DNA of 64,000 nt. Source: Eledone cirrhosa (lineage: Eukaryota). The DNA lies in assembly GCA_964016885.1 (NCBI GenBank), contig OZ024741.1:255688001-255752000 (forward strand), given 5' to 3'. The notes under the pieces were generated by a model, which was not told the DNA's origin, did not search any database, and saw only the letters and a program-made list of their open reading frames with translations. The translations under genes were made by a program, and so were the position numbers. This document shows, one piece after another, positions 11,245 through 24,109 of this stretch. The stretch's first letter is position 1. Each line of letters starts with the position of its first letter.

Positions 11245-13115
11245 GTTTCGCTTTACGAGTGTTTCGACTTACGAGTGTTTCGACATACGAGTGTTTCGGC
11301 TTACGAGTGTTTTGATTTACGAGTGTTTTGACTTACGGGTGCTTCGACTTACGCGTGTTTCGACTTACGAGTGTTTCGACTTACGAGTGTTTCGACTTAC
11401 GAGTGTTTCGGCTTACGAGTGTTTTGACTTACGAATGTTTTGACTTACGATTGTTTCGGCTTACGAGTGTTTCGACTTACGAGTGTTCTGACTACGAGTG
11501 TTCTGACTTACGGGTGTTCTGACTTACGAGTGTTCCGACTTACGAGTGTTTCGGCTTATGAGTGTTTCGACTTACGAGTGCTTCGACTTACGAGTGTTTC
11601 GGCTTACGGGTGTTTCGACTTACGAATGTTTTTGCTTACGAGTGTTTCGGCTTACGAGTGTTTCGGTTTATGAGTGTTTCGACTTACGAGTGTTTTGACT
11701 TACGGGTGTTTTGACATACGAGTGTTTCGATACGATTGTTCTGACTTACGAGTGTTTCCGCTTACGAGTGTTTCGGCTTACGAGTGTTTCGACTTACTAA
11801 TGTTTTTACTTACGAGTGTTTCGGTGTACGAGTGTTTCGACTTAAGGATGTTTCGACTTACGAGTGTTTCGACTTACGAGTGTTTCGACTTACGAGTGTT
11901 TCGACTTACGAGTGTTTTGGCTTACGAATGTTTTGACTTACTGGTGTTTCGACTTACGAGTGTTTCGGCTTATGAGTGTTTCGACTTACGGGCGTTTCGA
12001 CTTACGGGTGTTTCGACTTACGAGTGTTTTGGCTTACGAATGTTTTGACTTACGGGTGTTTCGACTTACGAGTGTTTCGACTTATGAGTGTTTGGACTTA
12101 CGAGTGTTTCGGCTTATGAGTGTTTCGACTTACGAGTGCTTCGGCTTACGAGTGTTTCGACTGACGAGTATTTCGGCTTACGAGTGTTTCGACGTACGAA
12201 TGTTTTGGCTTACGAGTGTTTCGGCTTATGAGTGTTTCGGCTTACGAGTGTTTCGACTTACGAGGGTTTCGGCTTACGAGTGTTTCAGTGTTTCGGCTTA
12301 CGTGTGTTTCGACTTACGAGTGTTTCGACTTACGACTGTTTCGGCTTACGAGTGTTTCGGCTTACGAGTGTTTCGGCTTACGAGTGTTTTGAATTACGAT
12401 TGTTTGGCTTACGAGTGTTCTGACTTACGGGTTTTCTGACTTACGAGGGTTCCGACTTACGAGCGTTTCGGCTTATGAGTGTTTCGACTTACGAGTGTTT
12501 CGGCTTACGAGTGTTTCGACTTACGAGTGTTTCGGCTTACGAGTGTTTCGACTTACGAGTGTTTTGACTTACGGTGTTTCGGCTTACGAGTGTTTCGACA
12601 TACGAGTGTTTTGACGTACGGGTGTTTCGACTTACGGGTCTTTCGACTTAAGAGTGTTTCGACTTACGAGCGCTTCGACTTACGAGTGTTTCGACTTACG
12701 AGTGTTTCGGCGTATGAGTGTTTTGACTTACGAGTGTTTCGACTTACGAGTGTTTCGACTTACGAGTGTTTCGAATTACGAGTGTTTCGACTTACGAGTG
12801 TTTTGACTTACGAGTGTTTTGACTTACGGTGTTTCTGCTTACGAGTGTTTCGACTTACGAGTGTTATGACTTACGGGTGTTTTGACATACGAGTGTTTCG
12901 ACTTACGAGTGTTTTGACTTACGGGTGTTTTGACATACGAGTGTTTCGATAGGAGTGTTCTGACTTACGAGTGTTCTGACTTACGAGTGTTCTGACTTAC
13001 GAGTGTTCTGACTTACGAGTGTTCTGACTTACGAGTGTTCTGACTTACGAGTGTTCCGACTTTACGAGTGTTTCGGCTCACGAGTGTTTCGGCTTACGAG
13101 TGTTTCGACTTACGA

Positions 13116-13184
13116 AAATAACAAATAGACGCGGTTTCAAATCTCTATGCTTTTCAAATTCATTACATTAATCTTTATTTATAC
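13116..13184. repeat. 69-bp AT-rich element, copy 6
   Basis: Same sequence; internal ATG at 13147. Confidence 0.95.
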
Positions 13185-14457
13185 GTTTCGCTTTACGAGT
13201 GTTTCGTCTTACGAGTGTTTCGACATACGAGTGTTTCGGCTTACGAGTGTTTTGATTTACGAGTGTTTTGACTTACGGGTGCTTCGACTTACGCGTGTTT
13301 CGACTTACGAGTGTTTCGACTTACGAGTGTTTCGGCTTATGAGTGTTTTGACTTACGAATGTTTTGACTTACGATTGTTTCGGCTTACGAGTGTTTCGAC
13401 TTACGAGTGTTCTGACTACGAGTGTTCTGATTTACGGGTGTTCTGACTTACGAGTGTTCTGACTTACGAGTGTTTCGGCTTATGAGTGTTTCGACTTACG
13501 AGTGCTTCGACTTACGAGTGTTTCGGCTTACGGGTGTTTCGACTTACGAATGTTTTTGCTTACGAGTGTTTCGGCTTACGAGTGTTTCGGCTTATGAGTG
13601 TTTCGACTTACGAGTGTTTTGACTTACGGGTGTTTTGACATACGAGTGTTTCGATACGATTGTTCTGACTTACGAGTGTTTCCGCTTACGAGTGTTTCGG
13701 CTTACGAGTGTTTCGACTTACTAATGTTTTTACTTACGAGTGTTTCGGTGTACGAGTGTTTCGACTTACGAGTGTTTCGACTTACGAGTGTTTCGACTTA
13801 CGAGTGTTTCGACTTACGAGTGTTTTGGCTTACGAATGTTTTGACTTACGGGTGTTTCGACTTACGAGTGTTTCGACTTACGAGTGTTTCGACTTACGAG
13901 TGTTTTGGCTTACGAATGTTTTGACTTACGGGTGTTTCGGCTTACGAGTGTTTCGACATACGAGTGTTTTGACGTACGGGTGTTTCGACTTACGGGTCTT
14001 TCGACTTAAGAGTGTTTCGACTTACGAGCGCTTCGACTTACGAGTGTTTCGACTTACGAGTGTTTCGGCGTATGAGTGTTTTGACTTACGAGTGTTTCGA
14101 CTTACGAGTGTTTCGACTTACGAGTGTTTCGAATTACGAGTGTTTCGACTTACGAGTGTTTTGACTTACGAGTGTTTTGACTTACGGTGTTTCTGCTTAC
14201 GAGTGTTTCGACTTACGAGTGTTATGACTTACGGGTGTTTTGACATACGAGTGTTTCGACTTACGAGTGTTTTGACTTACGGGTGTTTTGACATACGAGT
14301 GTTTCGATAGGAGTGTTCTGACTTACGAGTGTTCTGACTTACGAGTGTTCTGACTTACGAGTGTTCTGACTTACGAGTGTTCTGACTTACGAGTGTTCCG
14401 ACTTTACGAGTGTTTCGGCTCACGAGTGTTTCGGCTTACGAGTGTTTCGACTTACGA

Positions 14458-14526
14458 AAATAACAAATAGACGCGGTTTCAAATCTCTATGCTTTTCAAA
14501 TTCATTACATTAATCTTTATTTATAC
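14458..14526. repeat. 69-bp AT-rich element, copy 7
   Basis: Same sequence; internal ATG at 14489. Confidence 0.95.
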
Positions 14527-16301
14527 GTTTCGCTTTACGAGTGTTTCGTCTTACGAGTGTTTCGACATACGAGTGTTTCGGCTTACGAGTGTTTTGATTT
14601 ACGAGTGTTTTGACTTACGGGTGCTTCGACTTACGCGTGTTTCGACTTACGAGTGTTTCGACTTACGAGTGTTTCGGCTTATGAGTGTTTTGACTTACGA
14701 ATGTTTTGACTTACGATTGTTTCGGCTTTCGAGTGTTTCGACTTACGAGTGTTCTGACTACGAGTGTTCTGATTTACGGGTGTTCTGACTTACGAGTGTT
14801 CTGACTTACGAGTGTTTCGGCTTATGAGTGTTTCGACTTACGAGTGCTTCGACTTACGAGTGTTTCGGCTTACGGGTGTTTCGACTTACGAATGTTTTTG
14901 CTTACGAGTGTTTCGGCTTACGAGTGTTTCGGCTTATGAGTGTTTGGACTTACGAGTGTTTTGACTTACGGGTGTTTTGACATACGAGTGTTTCGATACG
15001 ATTGTTCTGACTTACGAGTGTTTCCGCTTACGAGTGTTTCGGCTTACGAGTGTTTCGACTTACTAATGTTTTTACTTACGAGTGTTTCGGTGTACGAGTG
15101 TTTCGACTTACGAGTGTTTCGACTTACGAGTGTTTCGACTTACGAGTGTTTCGACTTATGAGTGTTTCGACTTACGGGCGTTTCGACTTACGGGTGTTTC
15201 GACTTACGAGTGTTTTGGCTTACGAATGTTTTGACTTACGGGTGTTTCGACTTACGAGTGTTTCGACTTATGAGTGTTTCGACTTACGAGTGTTTCGGCT
15301 TATGAGTGTTTCGACTTACGAGTGCTTCGGCTTACGAGTGTTTCGACTTACGAGTATTTCGGCTTACGAGTGTTTCGACGTACGAATGTTTTGGCTTACG
15401 AGTGTTTCGGCTTATGAGTGTTTCGGCTTACGAGTGTTTCGACTTACGAGTGTTTCGGCTTACGAGTGTTTCAGTGTTTCGGCTTACGTGTGTTTCGACT
15501 TACGAGTGTTTCGACTTACGACTGTTTCGGCTTACGAGTGTTTCGGCTTACGAGTGTTTCGGCTTACGAGTGTTTTGACTTACGATTGTTTGGCTTACGA
15601 GTGTTCTGACTTACGGGTTTTCTGACTTACGAGGGTTCCGACTTACGAGCGTTTCGGCTTATGAGTGTTTCGACTTACGAGTGTTTCGGCTTACGAGTGT
15701 TTCGACTTACGAGTGTTTCGGCTTACGAGTGTTTCGACTTACGAGTGTTTTGACTTACGGTGTTTCGGCTTACGAGTGTTTCGACATACGAGTGTTTTGA
15801 CGTACGGGTGTTTCGACTTACGGGTCTTTCGACTTAAGAGTGTTTCGACTTACGAGCGCTTCGACTTACGAGTGTTTCGACTTACGAGTGTTTCGGCGTA
15901 TGAGTGTTTTGACTTACGAGTGTTTCGACTTACGAGTGTTTCGACTTACGAGTGTTTCGAATTACGAGTGTTTCGACTTACGAGTGTTTTGACTTACGAG
16001 TGTTTTGACTTACGGTGTTTCTGCTTACGAGTGTTTCGACTTACGAGTGTTATGACTTACGGGTGTTTTGACATACGAGTGTTTCGACTTACGAGTGTTT
16101 TGACTTACGGGTGTTTTGACATACGAGTGTTTCGATAGGAGTGTTCTGACTTACGAGTGTTCTGACTTACGAGTGTTCTGACTTACGAGTGTTCTGACTT
16201 ACGAGTGTTCTGACTTACGAGTGTTCTGACTTACGAGTGTTCCGACTTTACGAGTGTTTCGGCTCACGAGTGTTTCGGCTTACGAGTGTTTCGACTTACG
16301 A

Positions 16302-16370
16302 AAATAACAAATAGACGCGGTTTCAAATCTCTATGCTTTTCAAATTCATTACATTAATCTTTATTTATAC
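16302..16370. repeat. 69-bp AT-rich element, copy 8
   Basis: Same sequence; internal ATG at 16333. Confidence 0.95.
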
Positions 16371-17643
16371 GTTTCGCTTTACGAGTGTTTCGTCTTACGA
16401 GTGTTTCGACATACGAGTGTTTCGGCTTACGAGTGTTTTGATTTACGAGTGTTTTGACTTACGGGTGCTTCGACTTACGCGTGTTTCGACTTACGAGTGT
16501 TTCGACTTACGAGTGTTTCGGCTTATGAGTGTTTTGACTTACGAATGTTTTGACTTACGATTGTTTCGGCTTACGAGTGTTTCGACTTACGAGTGTTCTG
16601 ACTACGAGTGTTCTGATTTACGGGTGTTCTGACTTACGAGTGTTCTGACTTACGAGTGTTTCGGCTTATGAGTGTTTCGACTTACGAGTGCTTCGACTTA
16701 CGAGTGTTTCGGCTTACGGGTGTTTCGACTTACGAATGTTTTTGCTTACGAGTGTTTCGGCTTACGAGTGTTTCGGCTTATGAGTGTTTCGACTTACGAG
16801 TGTTTTGACTTACGGGTGTTTTGACATACGAGTGTTTCGATACGATTGTTCTGACTTACGAGTGTTTCCGCTTACGAGTGTTTCGGCTTACGAGTGTTTC
16901 GACTTACTAATGTTTTTACTTACGAGTGTTTCGGTGTACGAGTGTTTCGACTTACGAGTGTTTCGACTTACGAGTGTTTCGACTTACGAGTGTTTCGACT
17001 TACGAGTGTTTTGGCTTACGAATGTTTTGACTTACGGGTGTTTCGACTTACGAGTGTTTCGACTTACGAGTGTTTCGACTTACGAGTGTTTTGGCTTACG
17101 AATGTTTTGACTTACGGGTGTTTCGGCTTACGAGTGTTTCGACATACGAGTGTTTTGACGTACGGGTGTTTCGACTTACGGGTCTTTCGACTTAAGAGTG
17201 TTTCGACTTACGAGCGCTTCGACTTACGAGTGTTTCGACTTACGAGTGTTTCGGCGTATGAGTGTTTTGACTTACGAGTGTTTCGACTTACGAGTGTTTC
17301 GACTTACGAGTGTTTCGAATTACGAGTGTTTCGACTTACGAGTGTTTTGACTTACGAGTGTTTTGACTTACGGTGTTTCTGCTTACGAGTGTTTCGACTT
17401 ACGAGTGTTATGACTTACGGGTGTTTTGACATACGAGTGTTTCGACTTACGAGTGTTTTGACTTACGGGTGTTTTGACATACGAGTGTTTCGATAGGAGT
17501 GTTCTGACTTACGAGTGTTCTGACTTACGAGTGTTCTGACTTACGAGTGTTCTGACTTACGAGTGTTCTGACTTACGAGTGTTCCGACTTTACGAGTGTT
17601 TCGGCTCACGAGTGTTTCGGCTTACGAGTGTTTCGACTTACGA

Positions 17644-17712
17644 AAATAACAAATAGACGCGGTTTCAAATCTCTATGCTTTTCAAATTCATTACATTAAT
17701 CTTTATTTATAC
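17644..17712. repeat. 69-bp AT-rich element, copy 9
   Basis: Same sequence; internal ATG at 17675. Confidence 0.95.
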
Positions 17713-20700
17713 GTTTCGCTTTACGAGTGTTTCGTCTTACGAGTGTTTCGACATACGAGTGTTTCGGCTTACGAGTGTTTTGATTTACGAGTGTTTTGAC
17801 TTACGGGTGCTTCGACTTACGCGTGTTTCGACTTACGAGTGTTTCGACTTACGAGTGTTTCGGCTTATGAGTGTTTTGACTTACGAATGTTTTGACTTAC
17901 GATTGTTTCGGCTTACGAGTGTTTCGACTTACGAGTGTTCTGACTACGAGTGTTCTGATTTACGGGTGTTCTGACTTACGAGTGTTCTGACTTACGAGTG
18001 TTTCGGCTTATGAGTGTTTCGACTTACGAGTGCTTCGACTTACGAGTGTTTCGGCTTACGGGTGTTTCGACTTACGAATGTTTTTGCTTACGAGTGTTTC
18101 GGCTTACGAGTGTTTCGGCTTATGAGTGTTTGGACTTACGAGTGTTTTGACTTACGGGTGTTTTGACATACGAGTGTTTCGATACGATTGTTCTGACTTA
18201 CGAGTGTTTCCGCTTACGAGTGTTTCGGCTTACGAGTGTTTCGACTTACTAATGTTTTTACTTACGAGTGTTTCGGTGTACGAGTGTTTCGACTTACGAG
18301 TGTTTCGACTTACGAGTGTTTCGACTTACGAGTGTTTCGACTTATGAGTGTTTCGACTTACGGGCGTTTCGACTTACGGGTGTTTCGACTTACGAGTGTT
18401 TTGGCTTACGAATGTTTTGACTTACGGGTGTTTCGACTTACGAGTGTTTCGACTTATGAGTGTTTCGACTTACGAGTGTTTCGGCTTATGAGTGTTTCGA
18501 CTTACGAGTGCTTCGGCTTACGAGTGTTTCGACTTACGAGTATTTCGGCTTACGAGTGTTTCGACGTACGAATGTTTTGGCTTACGAGTGTTTCGGCTTA
18601 TGAGTGTTTCGGCTTACGAGTGTTTCGACTTACGAGTGTTTCGGCTTACGAGTGTTTCAGTGTTTCGGCTTACGTGTGTTTCGACTTACGAGTGTTTCGA
18701 CTTACGACTGTTTCGGCTTACGAGTGTTTCGGCTTACGAGTGTTTCGGCTTACGAGTGTTTTGACTTACGATTGTTTGGCTTACGAGTGTTCTGACTTAC
18801 GGGTGTTCTGACTTACGAGTGTTCCGACTTACGAGTGTTTCGGCTTATGAGGGTTTCGACTTACGAGTGCTTCGGCTTACGAGTGTTTTGACTTACGGTG
18901 TTTCGGCTTACGAGTGTTTCGACATACGAGTGTTTTGACGTACGGGTGTTTCGACTTACGGGTCTTTCGACTTAAGAGTGTTTCGACTTACGAGCGCTTC
19001 GACTTACGAGTGTTTCGACTTACGAGTGTTTCGGCGTATGAGTGTTTTGACTTACGAGTGTTTCGACTTACGAGTGTTTCGACTTACGAGTGTTTCGAAT
19101 TACGAGTGTTTCGACTTACGAGTGTTTTGACTTACGAGTGTTTTGACTTACGGTGTTTCTGCTTACGAGTGTTTCGACTTTCGAGTGTTATGACTTACGG
19201 GTGTTTTGACATACGAGTATTTCGACTTACGAGTCTTACGGCTTACGAGTGTTTCGACTTACTAATGTTTTTACTTACGAGTGTTTCGGCGTACGAGTGT
19301 TTCGACTTCCGAGTGTTTCGACTTACAGGTGTTTTGACTTACGGGTGTTTCGGCTTACGAGTGTTTTGACTTACGAGTGTTTTGACTTAAGGGTGTTTCG
19401 ACTTACGAGTATTTTTGGCTTACGAGTGTTTCGACTTACGAGTGTTTTGACTTACGAGTGTTCTGATTTACGGATGTTTCGACATACGAGTGTTCTGACT
19501 TACGAGTGTTCCGACTTACGAGTGTTCCGACTTACGAGTGTTTCGGCTTACGAGTGTTTCCGGCTTACGAGTGTTTCGACTTACGAGTGTTTTGACTTAC
19601 GGTGTTTCGGCTTACGAGTGATTCGACTTACGAGTGTTTTGACTTACGGGTGTTTTGACTTACGGGTGTTGTGAATTACGAGTGTTCCGATTTACGAGTG
19701 TTTTGACTTACGGTGTTTCGGCTTACGAGTGATTCGACTTACGACTGTTTCGGCTTACGAGTGTTTCGGCTTGCGAGTGTTTCGGCTTACGAGTGTTTTG
19801 ACTTACGAGTGTTTCGACATACGAGTGTTTTGACTTACGGGTGTTTCGACTTACGAGTGTTTTCACTTACGAATGTTTTGACTTACGGGTGTTTCGGCTT
19901 ACGAGTGTTTCGACTTACGAGTGTTTCGGCTTACGAGTGTTTCGACTTACTAATATTTTTACTTACGAGTGTTTCGGCGTACGAGAGTTTTGACTTACGC
20001 GTGTTTCGACTTACGAGTGTTTCGACTTACGAGTATTTTGACTTACGAATGTTTTGACTTACGGGTGTTTCGGCTTACGAGTGTTTCGACTTACGAGTCT
20101 TTCGGCTTACGAGTGTTTCGACTTACTAATGTTTTTACTTACGAGTGTTTCGGCGTACGAGTGTTTCGACTTCCGAGTGTTTCGACTTACGGGTGTTTTG
20201 ACTTACGGGTGTATCGGCTTACGAGTGTTTTGACTTACGAGTGTTTTGACTTAAGGGTGTTTCGACTTACGAGTATTTTTGGCTTACGAGTGTTTCGACT
20301 TACGAGTGTTTTGACTTACGAGTGTTCTGATTTACGGATGTTTCGACATACGAGTGTTTCGACTTACGAGTGTTTCGACTTACGAGTGTTTCGGCTTGTG
20401 ATTGTTTCGACTTACGAGTGTTTTGACTTACGGTGTTTCAGCTTACGAGTGTTTCGACTTACGAGTGTTTTGACTTACGGGTGTTTTGACATACGAGTGT
20501 TTCGATACGAGTGTTCTGACTTACGAGTGTTCTGACTTACGATTGTTTTGACTTACGAGTGTTCTGACTTACGAGTGTTCCGACTTACGAGTGTTCCGAC
20601 CTACGAGTGTTTCGGCTTACGAGTGTTTTGACTTAAGGGTGTTTCGACTTACGAGTGTTCCGACTTACGAGTGTTTCGGCTTACGAGTGTTTCGACTTAC

Positions 20701-20958
20701 GAGTGTTTCGACTTACGAGTGTTCCGACTTACGGGTGTTTCGACTTACGAGTGTTTTGGCTTACGGTCTTTCGACTTACGAGTGTTTCGAGTTAAGAGTG
20801 TTTTGACTTACGAGTGTTCTGATTTACGAGTGTTCTGACTTACGAGTGTTCTGACTTACGAGTGTTCTGACTTACGAGTGTTCTGACTTACGAGTGTTCC
20901 GACTTTACGAGTGTTTCGGCTCACGAGTGTTTCGGCTTACGAGTGTTTCGACTTACGA

Positions 20959-21027
20959 AAATAACAAATAGACGCGGTTTCAAATCTCTATGCTTTTCAA
21001 ATTCATTACATTAATCTTTATTTATAC
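20959..21027. repeat. 69-bp AT-rich element, copy 10
   Basis: Same sequence; internal ATG at 20990. Confidence 0.95.
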
Positions 21028-24000
21028 GTTTCGCTTTACGAGTGTTTCGACTTACGAGTGTTTCGACATACGAGTGTTTCGACTTACGAATGTTTTTGCT
21101 TACGGGTGTTTCGACTTACGAATGTTTTTGCTTACGAGTGTTTCGGTTTACGAGTGTTCCGACTTACGAGTGTTCCGACTTACGAGTGTTTCGGCTTACG
21201 AGTGTTTCCGGCTTACGAGTGTTTCAACTTACGAGTGTTCTGACTTACGAGTGTTCTGATTTACGGATGTTTCGACACACGAGTGTTTCGAATTACGAGT
21301 GTTTCGACTTACGAGTGTTTTGACTTACGGGTGTTTTGACATACGAGTGTTTCGATACGAGTGTTTCGACTTACGAGTGTTCTGACTTACGAGTGTTCTG
21401 ATTTACGGATGTTTCGACATACGAGTGTTTCGACTTACGAGTGTTTCGACTTATGAGTGTTTCGACTTACGAGTGTTTCGGATTACGAGTGTTTCGACTT
21501 ACGAGTGTTTTGACTTACGGTATTTCGGCTTACGAGTGTTTCGACTTACGAGTGTTTTGACTTACGGGTGTTTTGACATACGAGTGTTTCGATACGAGTG
21601 TTCTGACTTACGAGTGTTCTGACTTACGAGTGTTCTGATTTACGGATGTTTCGACATACGAGTGTTTCGACTTACGAGTGTTTCGACTTATGAGTGTTTC
21701 GACTTACGAGTGTTTCGGCTTACGAGTGTTTCGACTTACGAGTGTTTTGACTTACGGTGTTTCGGCTTACGAGTGTTTCGACTTACGAGCGTTTTGACTT
21801 ACGGGTGTTTTGACATACGAGTGTTTCGATACGAGTGTTCTGACTTACGAGTGTTCTGACTTACGAGTGTTTTGACTTACGAGTGTTCTGACTTACGGGT
21901 GTTTCGACTTACGAGTATTTTTGGCTTACCAGTGTTTCGACTTACGAGTGTTTTGACTTACGAGTGTTCTGATTTACGGATGTTTCGACACACGAGTGTT
22001 TCGACTTACGAATGTTTCGACTTATGAGTGTTTCGACTTACGAGTGTTTCGGCTTACGAGTGTTTCGACTTACGAGTGTTTTGACTTACGGTGTTTCGGC
22101 TTACGAGTGTTTCGACTTACGAGTGTTTTGACTTACGGGTGTTTTGACATACGAGTGTTTCGATACGAGTGTTCTGACTTACGAGTGTTCTGACTTACGA
22201 GTGTTTTGACTTACGAGTGTTCTGACTTACGAGTGTTCCGACTTACGAGTGTTCCGACTTACGAGTGTTTCGGCTTACGAGTGTTTCCGGCTTACGAGTG
22301 TTTCGACTTCCGAGTGTTTTGACTTACGGTGTTTCGGCTTACGAGTGATTCGACTTACGAGTGTTTTGACTTACGGGTGTTTTGACTTACGGGTGTTGTG
22401 AATTTCGAGTGTTCCGATTTACGAGTGTTTTGACTTACGGTGTTTCGGCTTACGAGTGATTCGACTTACGAATGTTTTGACTTACGGGTGTTTCGGCTTG
22501 CGAGTGTTTCGACTTACGAGTGTTTCGGCTTATGGGTGTTTCGACTTACTAATGTTTTTACTTACGAGTGTTTCGGCGTACGAGTGTTTCGACTTACGAG
22601 TGTTTCGACTTACGAGTGTTTCGACTTACGAGTGTTTCGGCTTACGTGAGTTTCGACTTAAGAGTGTTCTGATTTACGAGTGTTCTGACTTGCGGGTGTT
22701 CTGATTTACGAGTGTTCCGACTTACGAGTGTTTCGGCTTATTAGTGTTTCGACTTACGAGTGTTTCGGCTTACGAGTGTTTCGACTTATGGGTGTTTCGA
22801 CTTACGAGTGTTTTTACTTACGGTGTTTCGGCTTACGAGTGTTTCGACATACGAGTGTTTTGACTTACGGGTGTTTCGACTTACGAGTGTTTTGACTTAC
22901 GAATGTTTTGACTTACGGGTGTTTCGGATTACGAGTGTTTCGACTTACGAGTGTTTCGGCTTACGAGTGTTTCGACTTACTAATGTTCTTACGAGTGTTT
23001 CGGCGTACGAGAGTTTTGACTTACGAGTGTTTCGACTTACGAGTGTTTCGACTTACGAGTGTTTTGACTTACGAATGTTTTGACTTACGGGTGTTTCGGC
23101 TGACGAGTGTTTCGACTTACGAGTCTTTCGGCTTACGAGTGTTTCGACTTACTAATGTTTTTACTTACGAGTGTTTCGGCGTACGAGTGTTTCGACTTAC
23201 GAGTGTTTCGACTTACGGGTGTTTTGACTTACGGGTGTTTCGGCTTACGAGTGTTTTGACTTACGAGTGTTTTGACTTAAGGGTGTTTCGACTTACGAGT
23301 ATTTTTGGCTTACGAGTGTTTCGACTTACGAGTGTTTTGACTTACGAGTGTTCTGATTTACGGATGTTTCGACATACGAGTGTTTCGACTTACGAGTGTT
23401 TCGACTTATGAGTGTTTCGACTTACGAGTGTTTCGGCTTATGAGTGTTTCGACTTACGAGTGCTTCGGCTTACGAGTGTTTCGACTTACGAGTATTTCGG
23501 CTTACGAGTGTTTCGACGTACGAATGTTTTGGCTTACGAGTGTTTCGGCTTATGAGTGTTTCGGCTTACGAGTGTTTCGACTTACGAGTGTTTCGGCTTA
23601 CGAGTGTTTCAGTGTTTCGGCTTACGTGTGTTTCGACTTACGAGTGTTTCGACTTACGAGTGTTTTGACTTACGAGTGTTCTGATTTACGGATGTTTCGA
23701 CATACGAGTGTTTCGACTTACGAGTGTTTCGACTTATGAGTGTTTCGACTTACGAGTGTTTCGACTTACGAGTGTTTCGGCTTGTGATTGTTTCGACTTA
23801 CGAGTGTTTTGACTTACGGTGTTTCAGCTTACGAGTGTTTTGGCTTACGGTGTTTCGGCTTACGAGTGTTTCGAGTTACGAGTGTTTTGACTTACACGTG
23901 TTTTGACATACGAGTGTTTCGATACGAGTGTTCTGACTTACGAGTGTTCTGACTTACGAGTGTTCTGACTTACGAGTGTTTCGACTTTACGAGTGTTTCG

Positions 24001-24040
24001 GCTCACGAGTGTTTCGGCTTACGAGTGTTTCGACTTACGA

Positions 24041-24109
24041 AAATAACAAATAGACGCGGTTTCAAATCTCTATGCTTTTCAAATTCATTACATTAATCTT
24101 TATTTATAC
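24041..24109. repeat. 69-bp AT-rich element, copy 11
   Basis: Same sequence; internal ATG at 24072. Confidence 0.95.

Larger units (their letters stand above)
12394..18804. repeat. 3,186-bp tandem duplication, each unit containing a 1,342-bp sub-duplication
   Basis: 12479->15665, 13147->16333, 14489->17675 and 15050->18236 are all 3,186. 13147->14489 and 16333->17675 are 1,342. Confidence 0.9.
6868..19732. repeat. 12,865-bp tandem duplication, copy A
   Basis: Constant offset 12,865 for landmarks 7104->19969, 8125->20990, 11207->24072, 17675->30540 and 19249->32114. Confidence 0.92.
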
